From the UHGV virus genome UHGV-0869939: 25,864 nucleotides of DNA; one strand, written 5' to 3'. This DNA is from a virus. This document shows, piece by piece, positions 1-7,584 of this stretch (its first letter is position 1; each line of letters starts with the position of its first letter). The notes beneath the pieces were generated by a model that was not told the DNA's origin, did no database searches, and saw only the letters and a list, made by a program, of their open reading frames with translations. The position numbers and the translations under genes are program-made.

Positions 1-1
1 A

Positions 2-100
2 GACTGGGACTCATATAAACCACACCGTGGCACACGTGGTTATGAGGTCCGACTAAGTAGTCAGGCCATTGCGCAACACGTTCTGAAAAAACAACGCTGA
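2..100 (+). CDS. Partial CDS, 3' end of an upstream gene of unknown product
   Basis: Frame open from the window edge to TGA at 98-100; no start in window. Confidence 0.25.
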   Translation, partial: DWDSYKPHRGTRGYEVRLSSQAIAQHVLKKQR

Positions 101-105
101 ATTTA

Positions 106-702
106 TTGCTGCCTTTAAATCCAAAGGTTGCTTTGGCACTACTGGATGAACGGGAAAGAAACCAGCAATACATAAAACGCCGCGATCAGGAGAACGAGGA
201 TATTGCGCTTACGGTTGGGAGGCTGCGCGTTGAGCTTGAGGAAGTAAAACAACACGCTGAAGAATTATCCGAAACCAAGGCTGTTCGTAACCAATGGCGG
301 CCAGATATTTGCCCAATAACCGGACGTGCATTTTTCATGTGGATTGAGCATCCAACATTGGGAAATGTGCCGACATATGGTGGCCCATTAGATAGTTACA
401 CCATTCCAACAAAGGACGGTGACGGTGAGTTTTCATGTGAGCGTTACGATCATGATTTTGGCGGTTGGGTAGAAAGCGAATGTCTTGGGTTATATCTGAT
501 TGATGATAGAGAACAATGCAGGGTCTACGAACTGGAGGAACGCGTTAAGGAACTGGATGCTCGGGAAATATCGCTCCCGGAACGTAGCAGCATGCTTCAT
601 CGAACAGATTTTAACGAGGATTACCACACGGTAATGGCATACAAAGTTTCTGAAGTCATCGCTGCAATCCGCGCTGCTGGTATTCGCATCAAAGGAGACT
701 GA
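106..702 (+). CDS. Ead/Ea22-like prophage early protein
   Basis: 198 aa; N-terminal charged coiled-coil-like stretch (LDERERNQQYIKRRDQENEDIALTVGRLRVELEEVKQHAEEL) and Cys/Asp-rich C-terminal half as I recall for Ead/Ea22-like proteins. Start is TTG at 106, with an in-frame stop at 98-100, so the start is uncertain. Confidence 0.45.
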   Translation: MLPLNPKVALALLDERERNQQYIKRRDQENEDIALTVGRLRVELEEVKQHAEELSETKAVRNQWRPDICPITGRAFFMWIEHPTLGNVPTYGGPLDSYTIPTKDGDGEFSCERYDHDFGGWVESECLGLYLIDDREQCRVYELEERVKELDAREISLPERSSMLHRTDFNEDYHTVMAYKVSEVIAAIRAAGIRIKGD

Positions 703-703
703 T

Positions 704-901
704 ATGGATAAAAACACCACTGCTTACTGGAATCTGTCACTTGATACCGAATGCCCAAAATGCGGTCACAATTTCGATCTGCTTTGTGATGCTGATTTCT
801 GGGAGTTTTCTGGAGCTAAACAGGCATGTGAAGAAATAAAAGGTTACGAAACATGCTGTCCAGAATGTAACCATGAATTTAAAACAGATTTCGTGTATTG
901 A
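704..901 (+). CDS. Small zinc-ribbon protein
   Basis: 65 aa with CPKCGH ... CCPECNH cysteine pairs; AAAGGAG RBS at 693-697; ATG placed just after the upstream stop. Confidence 0.5.
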   Translation: MDKNTTAYWNLSLDTECPKCGHNFDLLCDADFWEFSGAKQACEEIKGYETCCPECNHEFKTDFVY

Positions 902-911
902 GGCATAACAA

Positions 912-1799
912 ATGACCACTATTACCAGAGAACAGGCACAGAAAATTATTGAAGCAGCCGATGAGGTTATTAGTGCGCTGGCCGGAACTAACGAGGATGT
1001 TCACCCTGGTAGCGATAACATGCTACGCCTGTGGGATGACCTGAATGACCGTTACGCGCCGCCGGAAGTTGTGCGTGAGCTGGCGCGTATCGTGCTGGCA
1101 TCGCTGGAAGCAGAACCAGTTGCTTATATTTTCAAACATCCGGCCGGGAAATTATTCTGGGCTTTAACGGATGAAAGCAATAAAGAGCAAGCGGACGTTA
1201 TTCCTGTTTATGCTGCCGCGCCTGCGTCGGTTGTGCCGGATGATGCATCAGGGTCGCTTGCTTATGCTTACAAAGAGCTTACGCCTGAGATTATGCGCGG
1301 TCATATCGCTGTATTCGAGCGATATGGAATAGCCCCAAACGATAGCATTACCACAATTCAGGCACTGCGAATCGCGCTGGATGGCATAGAGCGGAGCGAC
1401 GCCATGCTTCATGGTGCCGAACCTGTAAGCCAAACTTACAAGTTGCCTCCCCTGTCATCCAACGAAGTAAACGACGCGGCATGGAAATTACACAACATGC
1501 TGACTGAACACGTCCCGCTAAATGGGCGTCAGTTCAACAATCTGAAAGGTTGCTTCTATGAGGCATTAAAGGTCGCAATGCGCAACTATCCGGTAACTCC
1601 GGATGGTTGGATAAGCTGTAGTGAGCAAATGCCCGCTCAAGATGATTGGATTTTAATTTATTCAAAGCACGGCGAGTATATGGCAGGACAGGTACAAGGG
1701 GAATACGTGGAGTTGAGCGACGGCACTTTATCGTGGTTAGGGAACGCCTTGTACTGGATGCCGCTACCAGAACCGCCGCAGGAGGTTAACCGTGGCTAA
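912..1799 (+). CDS. Early-region protein with C-terminal DUF551-like domain
   Basis: 295 aa; the C-terminal block WISCSEQMPAQDDWILIYSKHGEYMAGQ...LSWLGNALYWMPLPEPP matches the DUF551 pattern common in lambdoid early regions (from memory). Confidence 0.55.
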   Translation: MTTITREQAQKIIEAADEVISALAGTNEDVHPGSDNMLRLWDDLNDRYAPPEVVRELARIVLASLEAEPVAYIFKHPAGKLFWALTDESNKEQADVIPVYAAAPASVVPDDASGSLAYAYKELTPEIMRGHIAVFERYGIAPNDSITTIQALRIALDGIERSDAMLHGAEPVSQTYKLPPLSSNEVNDAAWKLHNMLTEHVPLNGRQFNNLKGCFYEALKVAMRNYPVTPDGWISCSEQMPAQDDWILIYSKHGEYMAGQVQGEYVELSDGTLSWLGNALYWMPLPEPPQEVNRG

Positions 1800-2073
1800 C
1801 CTTCAACTTGCCGTCAAAGGTGAATACTTCGATGCCATGATTCGCGGAGAGAAAACGGAAGAGTATCGCCTGTGTAATGACTATTGGAATAAGCGCCTCG
1901 TTAACCGTAAGTATGACCGCCTGATTATCACAAAGGGATATCCGAAGCGCGACGATTCCAGCCGCAGAATTGATGTTCCGTATGACGGATATGAAATAAA
2001 GACAATCACACATCCCCACTTCGGCGATAAACCGGTAAAGGTGTTCGCGATAAAGGTGAATATTGATGGCTAA
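1792..2073 (+). CDS. ASCH/PUA-like domain protein
   Basis: 93 aa; GxKxxExR signature (GEKTEEYR) typical of ASCH domains; GGAGG RBS at 1777-1781; GTG start overlaps the upstream stop (GTGGCTAA). Confidence 0.45.
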   Translation: MANLQLAVKGEYFDAMIRGEKTEEYRLCNDYWNKRLVNRKYDRLIITKGYPKRDDSSRRIDVPYDGYEIKTITHPHFGDKPVKVFAIKVNIDG

Positions 2074-2404
2074 ATCAGCAGCAGAGCGCAAAGCCGCTCA
2101 GAGAGCCAGACAAGCTGAATCCGGTGTGCGTAAGCTGGAAATTGTGCTTGATGCTCAGGAAATTGAAATGCTGGAGCGTAACTGTGCCACACGTCGCCCC
2201 GGGCGTGCGCCTTACGAATTTGGTGAGTATATAGCGTTACTGATCCGCCAGGATGATGCGCGCGTGCACGGGCGTATAAAATCGATCAGCAGAAAACGTT
2301 GCGGTAAGTGCGGCGAGAGAGTTCCTGTGAATTCATGCCCGTGTAATGGTGACTCGCAATGCTGGGTGACTAAAGGCTGGCATGAAACGAAATTAATATT
2401 GTGA
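2066..2404 (+). CDS. Hypothetical protein with Cys-rich C-terminus (possible zinc binding)
   Basis: ATG at 2066 preceded by AGGTGA and overlapping the upstream stop (ATGGCTAA); C-terminal CGKCGERVPVNSCPCNGDSQCW. Family not recognised. Confidence 0.45.
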   Translation: MAKSAAERKAAQRARQAESGVRKLEIVLDAQEIEMLERNCATRRPGRAPYEFGEYIALLIRQDDARVHGRIKSISRKRCGKCGERVPVNSCPCNGDSQCWVTKGWHETKLIL

Positions 2405-2412
2405 CATGTCAC
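2401..2412. promoter_or_regulatory. Perfect 12-bp palindrome GTGACATGTCAC (copy 1 of 2)
   Basis: Exact palindrome overlapping the stop codon of the 2066..2404 gene; the same 15-mer TTGTGACATGTCACG recurs at 4667-4681. Confidence 0.4.
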
Positions 2413-2453
2413 GAGTGGGTTATGCATGATGAATTTGATGGGTTTTGAATACT

Positions 2454-2479
2454 GCCGCCAACTATGGCGGCTTTATTTT
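2454..2479 (+). terminator. Rho-independent terminator candidate
   Basis: Stem GCCGCCA/TGGCGGC with loop ACTA, followed by TTTATTTT. Confidence 0.6.
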
Positions 2480-2490
2480 GCATGGTACTA

Positions 2491-2505
2491 TTACCACAAC
2501 GGTAA
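2491..2505. promoter_or_regulatory. TTACC-N5-GGTAA palindromic site (copy 1 of 6)
   Basis: TTACCACAACGGTAA, about 20 bp upstream of the terminase small subunit ATG; preceded by TACTAT, followed by a TTACC half-site. Confidence 0.6.
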
Positions 2506-2522
2506 CTATTACCACGGTGGTT

Positions 2523-3122
2523 ATGATGCCTGCTGAACCTAAAACCTATAAACGCAAATCAACGCAATTTAAGCCACTAACAGCAATGCAGGAGGCTTAT
2601 TGCCAGTCATACATCAAAACGCCTGAAAACCAGACTCAGGCAGCGATTAACGCAGGATTCTCCCCAAATACAGCGGCAGTTAAAGCCAGTGTCATGATGC
2701 GCGATGAACGCATTCAAAAACGGATTGCCGAGTTGATGGAGGAGCGCAACAAACGAATGCGCGTCAGTGCTGATTACGTTCTCATGCGCCTGGTGGAGAT
2801 CGACCAGATGGACGTGATTGACATTCTCAACGACGATATGAGCATCAAGCCGGTCTCGGAATGGCCTAAGGTCTGGCGGCAGTACCTGACAGGTTTCGAA
2901 CTGGCCGACATGTTCGAAGGCCGTGGAGACGAGAAAGAGCTGGTTGGCATCCTCAAAAAAATTAAATGGCCTGACAAGGTGAAGAACCTCGAACTGATTG
3001 GTAAGCACGTCGACGTCAACGCATTCAAAGAACGCCTGGATGTTAATGTGAATGTGACAATTGCTGATCGCATAGCGGCAGCCAGGAAGAGACTGAAAGA
3101 ACGTCAGGATGGCAATCAGTGA
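2523..3122 (+). CDS. Terminase small subunit
   Basis: Sits directly upstream of, and overlaps, the large terminase; HTH-like AYCQSYIKTPENQTQAAINAGFS segment typical of small terminases. The track ORF begins at a TTG at 2445; tandem ATGs at 2523/2526 after GGTGG are more plausible. Confidence 0.65.
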   Translation: MMPAEPKTYKRKSTQFKPLTAMQEAYCQSYIKTPENQTQAAINAGFSPNTAAVKASVMMRDERIQKRIAELMEERNKRMRVSADYVLMRLVEIDQMDVIDILNDDMSIKPVSEWPKVWRQYLTGFELADMFEGRGDEKELVGILKKIKWPDKVKNLELIGKHVDVNAFKERLDVNVNVTIADRIAAARKRLKERQDGNQ

Positions 3123-4594
3123 CAGATACAGCGTTATCTCCTGAAGAGCAGTTAATCGAGGATATTGCAGGGTTCACTCACGATCCGCTTGGCTATGCCC
3201 TCTATGCGTTCCCATGGGGGGAAGAGGGGACTGAACTGGCACATGCCACCGGCCCACGTCAGTGGCAGGCTGATGCGTTCCGAGAGATACGTGATCACCT
3301 GCAGAATCCAGAGACGCGATATCAGCCGCTTATGCTGGCACGTGCTTCTGGTCACGGTATTGGTAAATCCGCATTCATCTCAATGCTGATCAACTGGGGC
3401 ATGTCCACTTGCGAGGATTGTAAGGTCGTGGTGACCGCCAACACCGACAACCAGCTACGAACGAAGACCTGGCCGGAAATTATCAAGTGGTCGAACCTTG
3501 CTATCACGAAAGACTGGTTTACCTGTACCGCTACTGCGATGTACAGCAATGATCCTGGGCACGACAAGCGGTGGCGAGCTGACGCAATCCCCTGGTCTGA
3601 GCACAACACTGAGGCATTCGCCGGACTACACAACGAGCGCAAACGCATCATCGTGGTATTCGATGAAGCGTCGAACATTGCGGATCTGGTGTGGGAAGTT
3701 GCTGAGGGTGCGCTTACGGACGAAGACACTGAGATTATCTGGGTGGCGTTCGGAAACCCTACACGTAATACCGGGCGTTTTCGCGAATGTTTCCGCAAAT
3801 ACAAACACCGCTGGAAAACTGCGCAGATTGACAGCCGGACGGTGGAAGGCACTAACAAACAGCAGTTGCAGAAATGGGTTGATGACTACGGGGAAGATAG
3901 CGACTTCGTTAAAATCCGTGTGCGCGGCATATTCCCGGATGCATCTGAATTGCAGTTTATCCCTACCGGACTTACTGACGAGGCAATGAAACGGGTGGTC
4001 ACCGCTGCGCAGGTTGCACATGCTCCGGTGATAATCGGCGTTGACCCGGCATACTCCGGTGTTGATGACGCGGTGATATATCTGCGGCAGGGGCTGCACA
4101 GTAAGGTGCTGTGGACCGGCAACAAGACCACTGACGATCTGATTATGGCGAAGCGTATCGCTGACTTTGAAGACCAGTACCAGGCTGACGCAGTGTTCAT
4201 CGACTTCGGTTACGGAACTGGTCTGAAGTCAATCGGTGATGGCTGGGGTCGTACATGGCAACTTGTTCCGTTCGGTGGCGCGTCTACTGACCCGCAGATG
4301 CTCAATAAGCGCGGGGAGATGTTCAACTCATGCAAGACATGGCTGAGGCTGGGCGGCATGCTTGATGACCAGGAAACAGCGGACGACCTGTCGGCGGCAG
4401 AGTACAAAGTTCGAGTGGACGGTAAAATCGTTATCGAACCGAAGGAAGATATCAAGGAGCGGCTTGGGCGTTCTCCTGGTAAAGGCGATGCGCTATTGCT
4501 GACGTTTGCTTTCCCTGTGTCGAAGCGTCTGCGAATTCCAGGTCAGCAGAACCAGCAAGGCAAGGCCATTACAGATTACGATCCCTATGCTTAA
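3119..4594 (+). CDS. Terminase large subunit
   Basis: 491 aa; Walker A-like SGHGIGKS, Walker B-like IIVVFDEASNI, C-terminal nuclease-like VIIGVDPAYSG...DDAVIY; GTG start overlaps the upstream stop. Confidence 0.9.
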   Translation: MTDTALSPEEQLIEDIAGFTHDPLGYALYAFPWGEEGTELAHATGPRQWQADAFREIRDHLQNPETRYQPLMLARASGHGIGKSAFISMLINWGMSTCEDCKVVVTANTDNQLRTKTWPEIIKWSNLAITKDWFTCTATAMYSNDPGHDKRWRADAIPWSEHNTEAFAGLHNERKRIIVVFDEASNIADLVWEVAEGALTDEDTEIIWVAFGNPTRNTGRFRECFRKYKHRWKTAQIDSRTVEGTNKQQLQKWVDDYGEDSDFVKIRVRGIFPDASELQFIPTGLTDEAMKRVVTAAQVAHAPVIIGVDPAYSGVDDAVIYLRQGLHSKVLWTGNKTTDDLIMAKRIADFEDQYQADAVFIDFGYGTGLKSIGDGWGRTWQLVPFGGASTDPQMLNKRGEMFNSCKTWLRLGGMLDDQETADDLSAAEYKVRVDGKIVIEPKEDIKERLGRSPGKGDALLLTFAFPVSKRLRIPGQQNQQGKAITDYDPYA

Positions 4595-4620
4595 TCCGCT
4601 GGTGGGGATAATGTCGTTGA

Positions 4621-4638
4621 TATCCTCTGGTGAGGATA
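4621..4638. promoter_or_regulatory. Palindrome TATCCTC-N5-GAGGATA
   Basis: Inverted repeat in the intergenic region after the terminase large subunit gene; an extra GGATA lies at 4606-4610. Confidence 0.25.
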
Positions 4639-4644
4639 AAACAA

Positions 4645-4670
4645 AGCCAGCTCATAGGCTGGCTGTTTGT
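4645..4670 (+). terminator. Rho-independent terminator candidate after terminase
   Basis: Stem AGCCAGC/GCTGGCT with loop TCATAG, followed by GTTTGT. Confidence 0.5.
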
Positions 4671-4680
4671 GACATGTCAC
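4669..4680. promoter_or_regulatory. Perfect 12-bp palindrome GTGACATGTCAC (copy 2 of 2)
   Basis: Identical to 2401-2412 including flanks (TTGTGACATGTCACG); lies 4 bp beyond the stop of the minus-strand 4685..4981 gene. Confidence 0.4.
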
Positions 4681-4684
4681 GGTG

Positions 4685-4981
4685 TTATTGAATTACAATC
4701 CAGTCATCAGATAGCAGATCGGTTTGAGATGCCAGCCACGGTACAAAGCAACCGTCAGCAGTTTTCATCCCAATCCACGGTAGAAGTTTAACGCCAGGTA
4801 CAAATGTATACTCGTCACCGCATGTAACGTCAAATCGCCACTCGTTCGGAGTGGCCGATTGCGGTGGCTTAACCAGTTGCAGATACATGCCTTTGCCATT
4901 CCATCCGGCACGTGCAATGCGCTTACCATCTTTGAGTGATGACAAAGCAGTGGAGAAAGATACTGTTGATGTTTCGCTCAT
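4685..4981 (-). CDS. DUF2829-like small protein (family of Thoeris anti-defence Tad2); candidate anti-defence moron gene
   Basis: 98 aa; ALSSLKDGKRIARAGWNGKGMYLQL near the N-terminus and PWLASQTDLLSDDWIVIQ at the C-terminus match my recollection of the DUF2829 signature; AAGGTGAG RBS; opposite orientation to the late operon. Confidence 0.55.
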   Translation of the reverse strand: MSETSTVSFSTALSSLKDGKRIARAGWNGKGMYLQLVKPPQSATPNEWRFDVTCGDEYTFVPGVKLLPWIGMKTADGCFVPWLASQTDLLSDDWIVIQ

Positions 4982-4990
4982 AATCTCACC

Positions 4991-5016
4991 TTAAAAAAAT
5001 GCCCGGCGAACCGGGC
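4991..5016 (-). terminator. Intrinsic-terminator-like hairpin plus U-run immediately upstream of the DUF2829-like gene RBS (minus strand)
   Basis: Minus strand reads GCCCGG-TTCG-CCGGGC then ATTTTTTT, then AAGGTGAG and ATG; could be a leader attenuator rather than a simple terminator. Confidence 0.45.
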
Positions 5017-5094
5017 GAACTGGAAGCAATGAGTTATGCCTTCCGTGGCTGTACTGGTTTACAGCATGAAGTCATCGCAATGGCGTCCTGCTGT

Positions 5095-5136
5095 AAAAAG
5101 GGCGGTGATAGTCCTTCAAGGGAAACCATCACCGCC
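5095..5136 (-). terminator. Terminator candidate downstream of tRNA-Arg (minus strand)
   Basis: Minus strand: 9-bp stem GGCGGTGAT/ATCACCGCC followed by CTTTTT, about 44 nt beyond the tRNA 3' end. Confidence 0.4.
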
Positions 5137-5179
5137 AAGCACCTGGAACTTCTGGCATCACGGTCCTTAGGCGTGATTC

Positions 5180-5256
5180 TGGCGTGGCATGCAGGATTCG
5201 AACCTGCGACCAACCGCTTAGAAGGCGGTTGCTCTGTCCAACTGAGCTAATGCCAC
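5180..5256 (-). tRNA. tRNA-Arg (anticodon UCU)
   Basis: 77 nt on the minus strand; perfect 7-bp acceptor stem GTGGCAT/ATGCCAC, D-arm GCTC/GAGC, anticodon stem ACCGC/GCGGT with loop CTTCTAA (anticodon TCT), T-arm GCAGG-TTCGAAT-CCTGC, discriminator G and encoded CCA. Confidence 0.9.
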
Positions 5257-5578
5257 AACGCTGAGAGCACTTAGCCTGTTAAGGCGCCACACTTTGTCGC
5301 GGCTCCATAAATGCTCTCATCGTTGTACCCTCGTCTCTTCCGAGGCGTCACACCGAATCGCCGGGATGGTGAATCCCCGTGCGCGGAATAAAACCGCTCG
5401 ACTTGCACATTCCGGCTACCTGGTTCGTTTGCCCGAGCAAGGGAGGGTGCCCCTTAAACGTATCCAGACCGCTATCGGCGCATGTGCCATACGCCGTACT
5501 GCTCAAAATAAAAGCTCACTCCACCTGTTCAATTTAACGACAAGCCAGTCAGGTTAATAACCGGAATGAACCATTTAC

Positions 5579-5593
5579 TTACCTGAAAGGTAA
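5579..5593. promoter_or_regulatory. TTACC-N5-GGTAA palindromic site (copy 2 of 6)
   Basis: TTACCTGAAAGGTAA in an AT-rich intergenic region about 100 bp upstream of the gp6.7-like/portal block. Confidence 0.6.
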
Positions 5594-5683
5594 TAATTCG
5601 TGCATTAAATGTCAACTGTCTACGATAAATAAATCATATGTGGTTAAATTGGTAATAATTTAATTGCGTACGGAGTCATTGAT

Positions 5684-5890
5684 ATGTGCATGGGTAGCTC
5701 ACCATCAGTGCCTGCAACACCAGAAGTTCAGGCAGCACCACAGGAGCAGGATGCCGCCGTTGTTGATGCCCGCGACGAAGAAACTCGTCGCCGTCGCGCT
5801 GCTGCTGGTCGTAGTTCTACGCTGCTTACCGGTTCTCAGGGCGACACATCAACTGCTAATACCAGCGGTAAAACGCTGCTTGGTCAGTAA
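5684..5890 (+). CDS. Small Ser/Pro/Ala-rich protein, possibly T7 gp6.7-like small virion protein
   Basis: 68 aa starting MC, low-complexity and Arg-rich centre; GGAG RBS (ACGGAGTCATTGATATG); sits immediately before the portal gene as gene 6.7 does in T7. Similarity is from memory of composition and position only. Confidence 0.4.
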   Translation: MCMGSSPSVPATPEVQAAPQEQDAAVVDARDEETRRRRAAAGRSSTLLTGSQGDTSTANTSGKTLLGQ

Positions 5891-5904
5891 CCGGAGTCAT
5901 TGAA

Positions 5905-7584
5905 ATGGCGGAAACAACTAAAGAGCGATTGAACAAACAGTTCGCACAACTTGAAAGCGAGCGTCAGTCGTTCGAGCCGCACTGGCGCGAGTTGAGTGAT
6001 TACATCAACCCGCGTGGTTCCCGCTTTCTGACTTCTGAGGTCAACCGTAACGATCGACGCAATACACGCATTATTGATTCGACCGGGACTATGGCGGCGC
6101 GCACTCTCGCCAGCGGCATGATGTCAGGCATCACAAGCCCCGCGCGTCCGTGGTTTCGCCTGGCTACGCCAGATCCTGAAATGATGGATTATGGCCCTGT
6201 TAAGTTGTGGCTTGAGGCGGTGCAGAACCGCATGAACGATATGTTCAATAAGTCGAATCTCTATCAGTCGCTGCCGCAGTTATACGGAAGCCTCGGCACA
6301 TACAGCACTGGTGCAATGGCAGTGCTGGAGGATGACGAGGACATCATTCGCACAATGCCATTCCCGATAGGCAGTTACTACCTGGCTAACTCACCTCGTG
6401 GCAGTGTGGACACCTGTTTTCGCAAGTTCTCTATGACTGTTCGTCAGCTTGTTCAGGAGTTCGGGCTAAATAACGTCAGCGAATCCGTAAAAAGCATGTG
6501 GGAAAGCGGAACCTACGAGAAGTGGATTGAAGTGATGCATTCGGTTTACCCGAACATTGACCGCGATACATCGAAGCTGGATAGCAAGAACAAGCCATTC
6601 AAATCGGTTTATTACGAGGTTGGTGGCGATAACGACAAGTTGTTGCGTGAGTCCGGATTTGATGAGTTTCCAATTATGGCTCCGCGCTGGGAAGTTAATG
6701 GCGAAGATGTTTATGGATCATCATGCCCGGGTATGCTGGCGCTTGGACCTGTTAAGGCATTGCAACTTCTCCAGGAGCGCAAGTCGCAGTTGATTGATAA
6801 AGCCACCAATCCGCCGATGGTTGCTCCGACTTCCCTCAAGAATCAGCGCGCCTCCCTTCTTCCTGGTGACATCACGTATATCGATCAGATTACTGGTCAG
6901 GATGGCTTCAGGCCTGCTTATCTGGTTAACCCCAGTACAGCAGATCTGGTAGCAGACATTCAGGACACTCGTCAAATCATTAACAGCGCCTACTTTGTCG
7001 ATCTGTTCATGATGTTGCAGAACATCAATACCCGCTCGATGCCTGTTGAAGCAGTGATCGAAATGAAAGAAGAAAAACTTCTGATGTTGGGGCCGGTTCT
7101 GGAGCGTCTGAACGACGAATGTCTTAATCCTCTCATTGACCGCGCTTTCTCGATGATGGTGCGTAAAAACATGCTGCCGCCACCGCCTGACGTGATGGAA
7201 GGTATGCCCCTGAAGGTCGAATACATTTCCGTCATGGCTCAGGCGCAGAAGTCTATCGGCCTGTCCAGTCTGGCGTCTACGGTCAACTTCATTGGTCAAC
7301 TTGCGCAAGCGAAACCAGAAGCTCTCGACAAACTCAACGTTGATCAGGCGATCGATGCATTCGCTGATATGTCCGGAGTGTCTCCAACCGTCATTGTTCC
7401 GCAGGAACAGGTTGAGCAGGCTCGCCAGCAACGGGCACAGCAACAACAGCAGCAACAAATGATGGCGATGGGGATGGCGGCGGCACAGGGTGCCAAGACG
7501 CTAAGCGAAGCTAAAACTTCGGATCCGAGTGTTTTGTCAGCTATGGCGAATGCAGTTAGTGGTCAGGGTGGGCAATCACAATGA
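5905..7584 (+). CDS. Portal (head-to-tail connector) protein, T7 gp8-like
   Basis: 559 aa; C-terminal Gln/Ala/Met-rich tail (QQRAQQQQQQQMMAMGMAAAQGA) resembles the T7 gp8 C-terminus; GGAG RBS; followed by scaffold and capsid genes. Confidence 0.85.
   Translation: MAETTKERLNKQFAQLESERQSFEPHWRELSDYINPRGSRFLTSEVNRNDRRNTRIIDSTGTMAARTLASGMMSGITSPARPWFRLATPDPEMMDYGPVKLWLEAVQNRMNDMFNKSNLYQSLPQLYGSLGTYSTGAMAVLEDDEDIIRTMPFPIGSYYLANSPRGSVDTCFRKFSMTVRQLVQEFGLNNVSESVKSMWESGTYEKWIEVMHSVYPNIDRDTSKLDSKNKPFKSVYYEVGGDNDKLLRESGFDEFPIMAPRWEVNGEDVYGSSCPGMLALGPVKALQLLQERKSQLIDKATNPPMVAPTSLKNQRASLLPGDITYIDQITGQDGFRPAYLVNPSTADLVADIQDTRQIINSAYFVDLFMMLQNINTRSMPVEAVIEMKEEKLLMLGPVLERLNDECLNPLIDRAFSMMVRKNMLPPPPDVMEGMPLKVEYISVMAQAQKSIGLSSLASTVNFIGQLAQAKPEALDKLNVDQAIDAFADMSGVSPTVIVPQEQVEQARQQRAQQQQQQQMMAMGMAAAQGAKTLSEAKTSDPSVLSAMANAVSGQGGQSQ

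Noticed and set aside
3352-4455. Several 80-170 aa ORFs in alternative frames within the terminase large subunit gene
   Set aside because: The terminase frame carries Walker A/B and nuclease motifs; alternative frames are GC-rich open frames without RBS.
4999-5250. 83-aa + strand ORF overlapping the tRNA and the region between tRNA and the DUF2829-like gene
   Set aside because: Overlaps the tRNA on the opposite strand and two minus-strand terminators; no RBS; better explained as non-coding.
5330-5470. Possible second tRNA or tRNA-like element near GGTGAATCCCC
   Set aside because: The T-loop-like segment lacks a matching 5-bp stem and no acceptor or anticodon arms could be built around it.
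5294-5557. 87-aa ORF in the tRNA-portal intergenic region
   Set aside because: TTG start without RBS; Arg/His-rich translation of a GC-rich structured region; treated as non-coding pending conservation data.
5664-5903. 79-aa ORF overlapping the gp6.7-like gene in another frame
   Set aside because: The 5684..5890 frame has the GGAG RBS and T7 gp6.7-like composition; this is the alternative frame of the same DNA.
6721-7458. 245-aa minus-strand ORF inside the portal gene
   Set aside because: Entirely embedded antisense to a well-supported portal CDS; His/Arg-rich low-complexity translation typical of antisense frames; no RBS.
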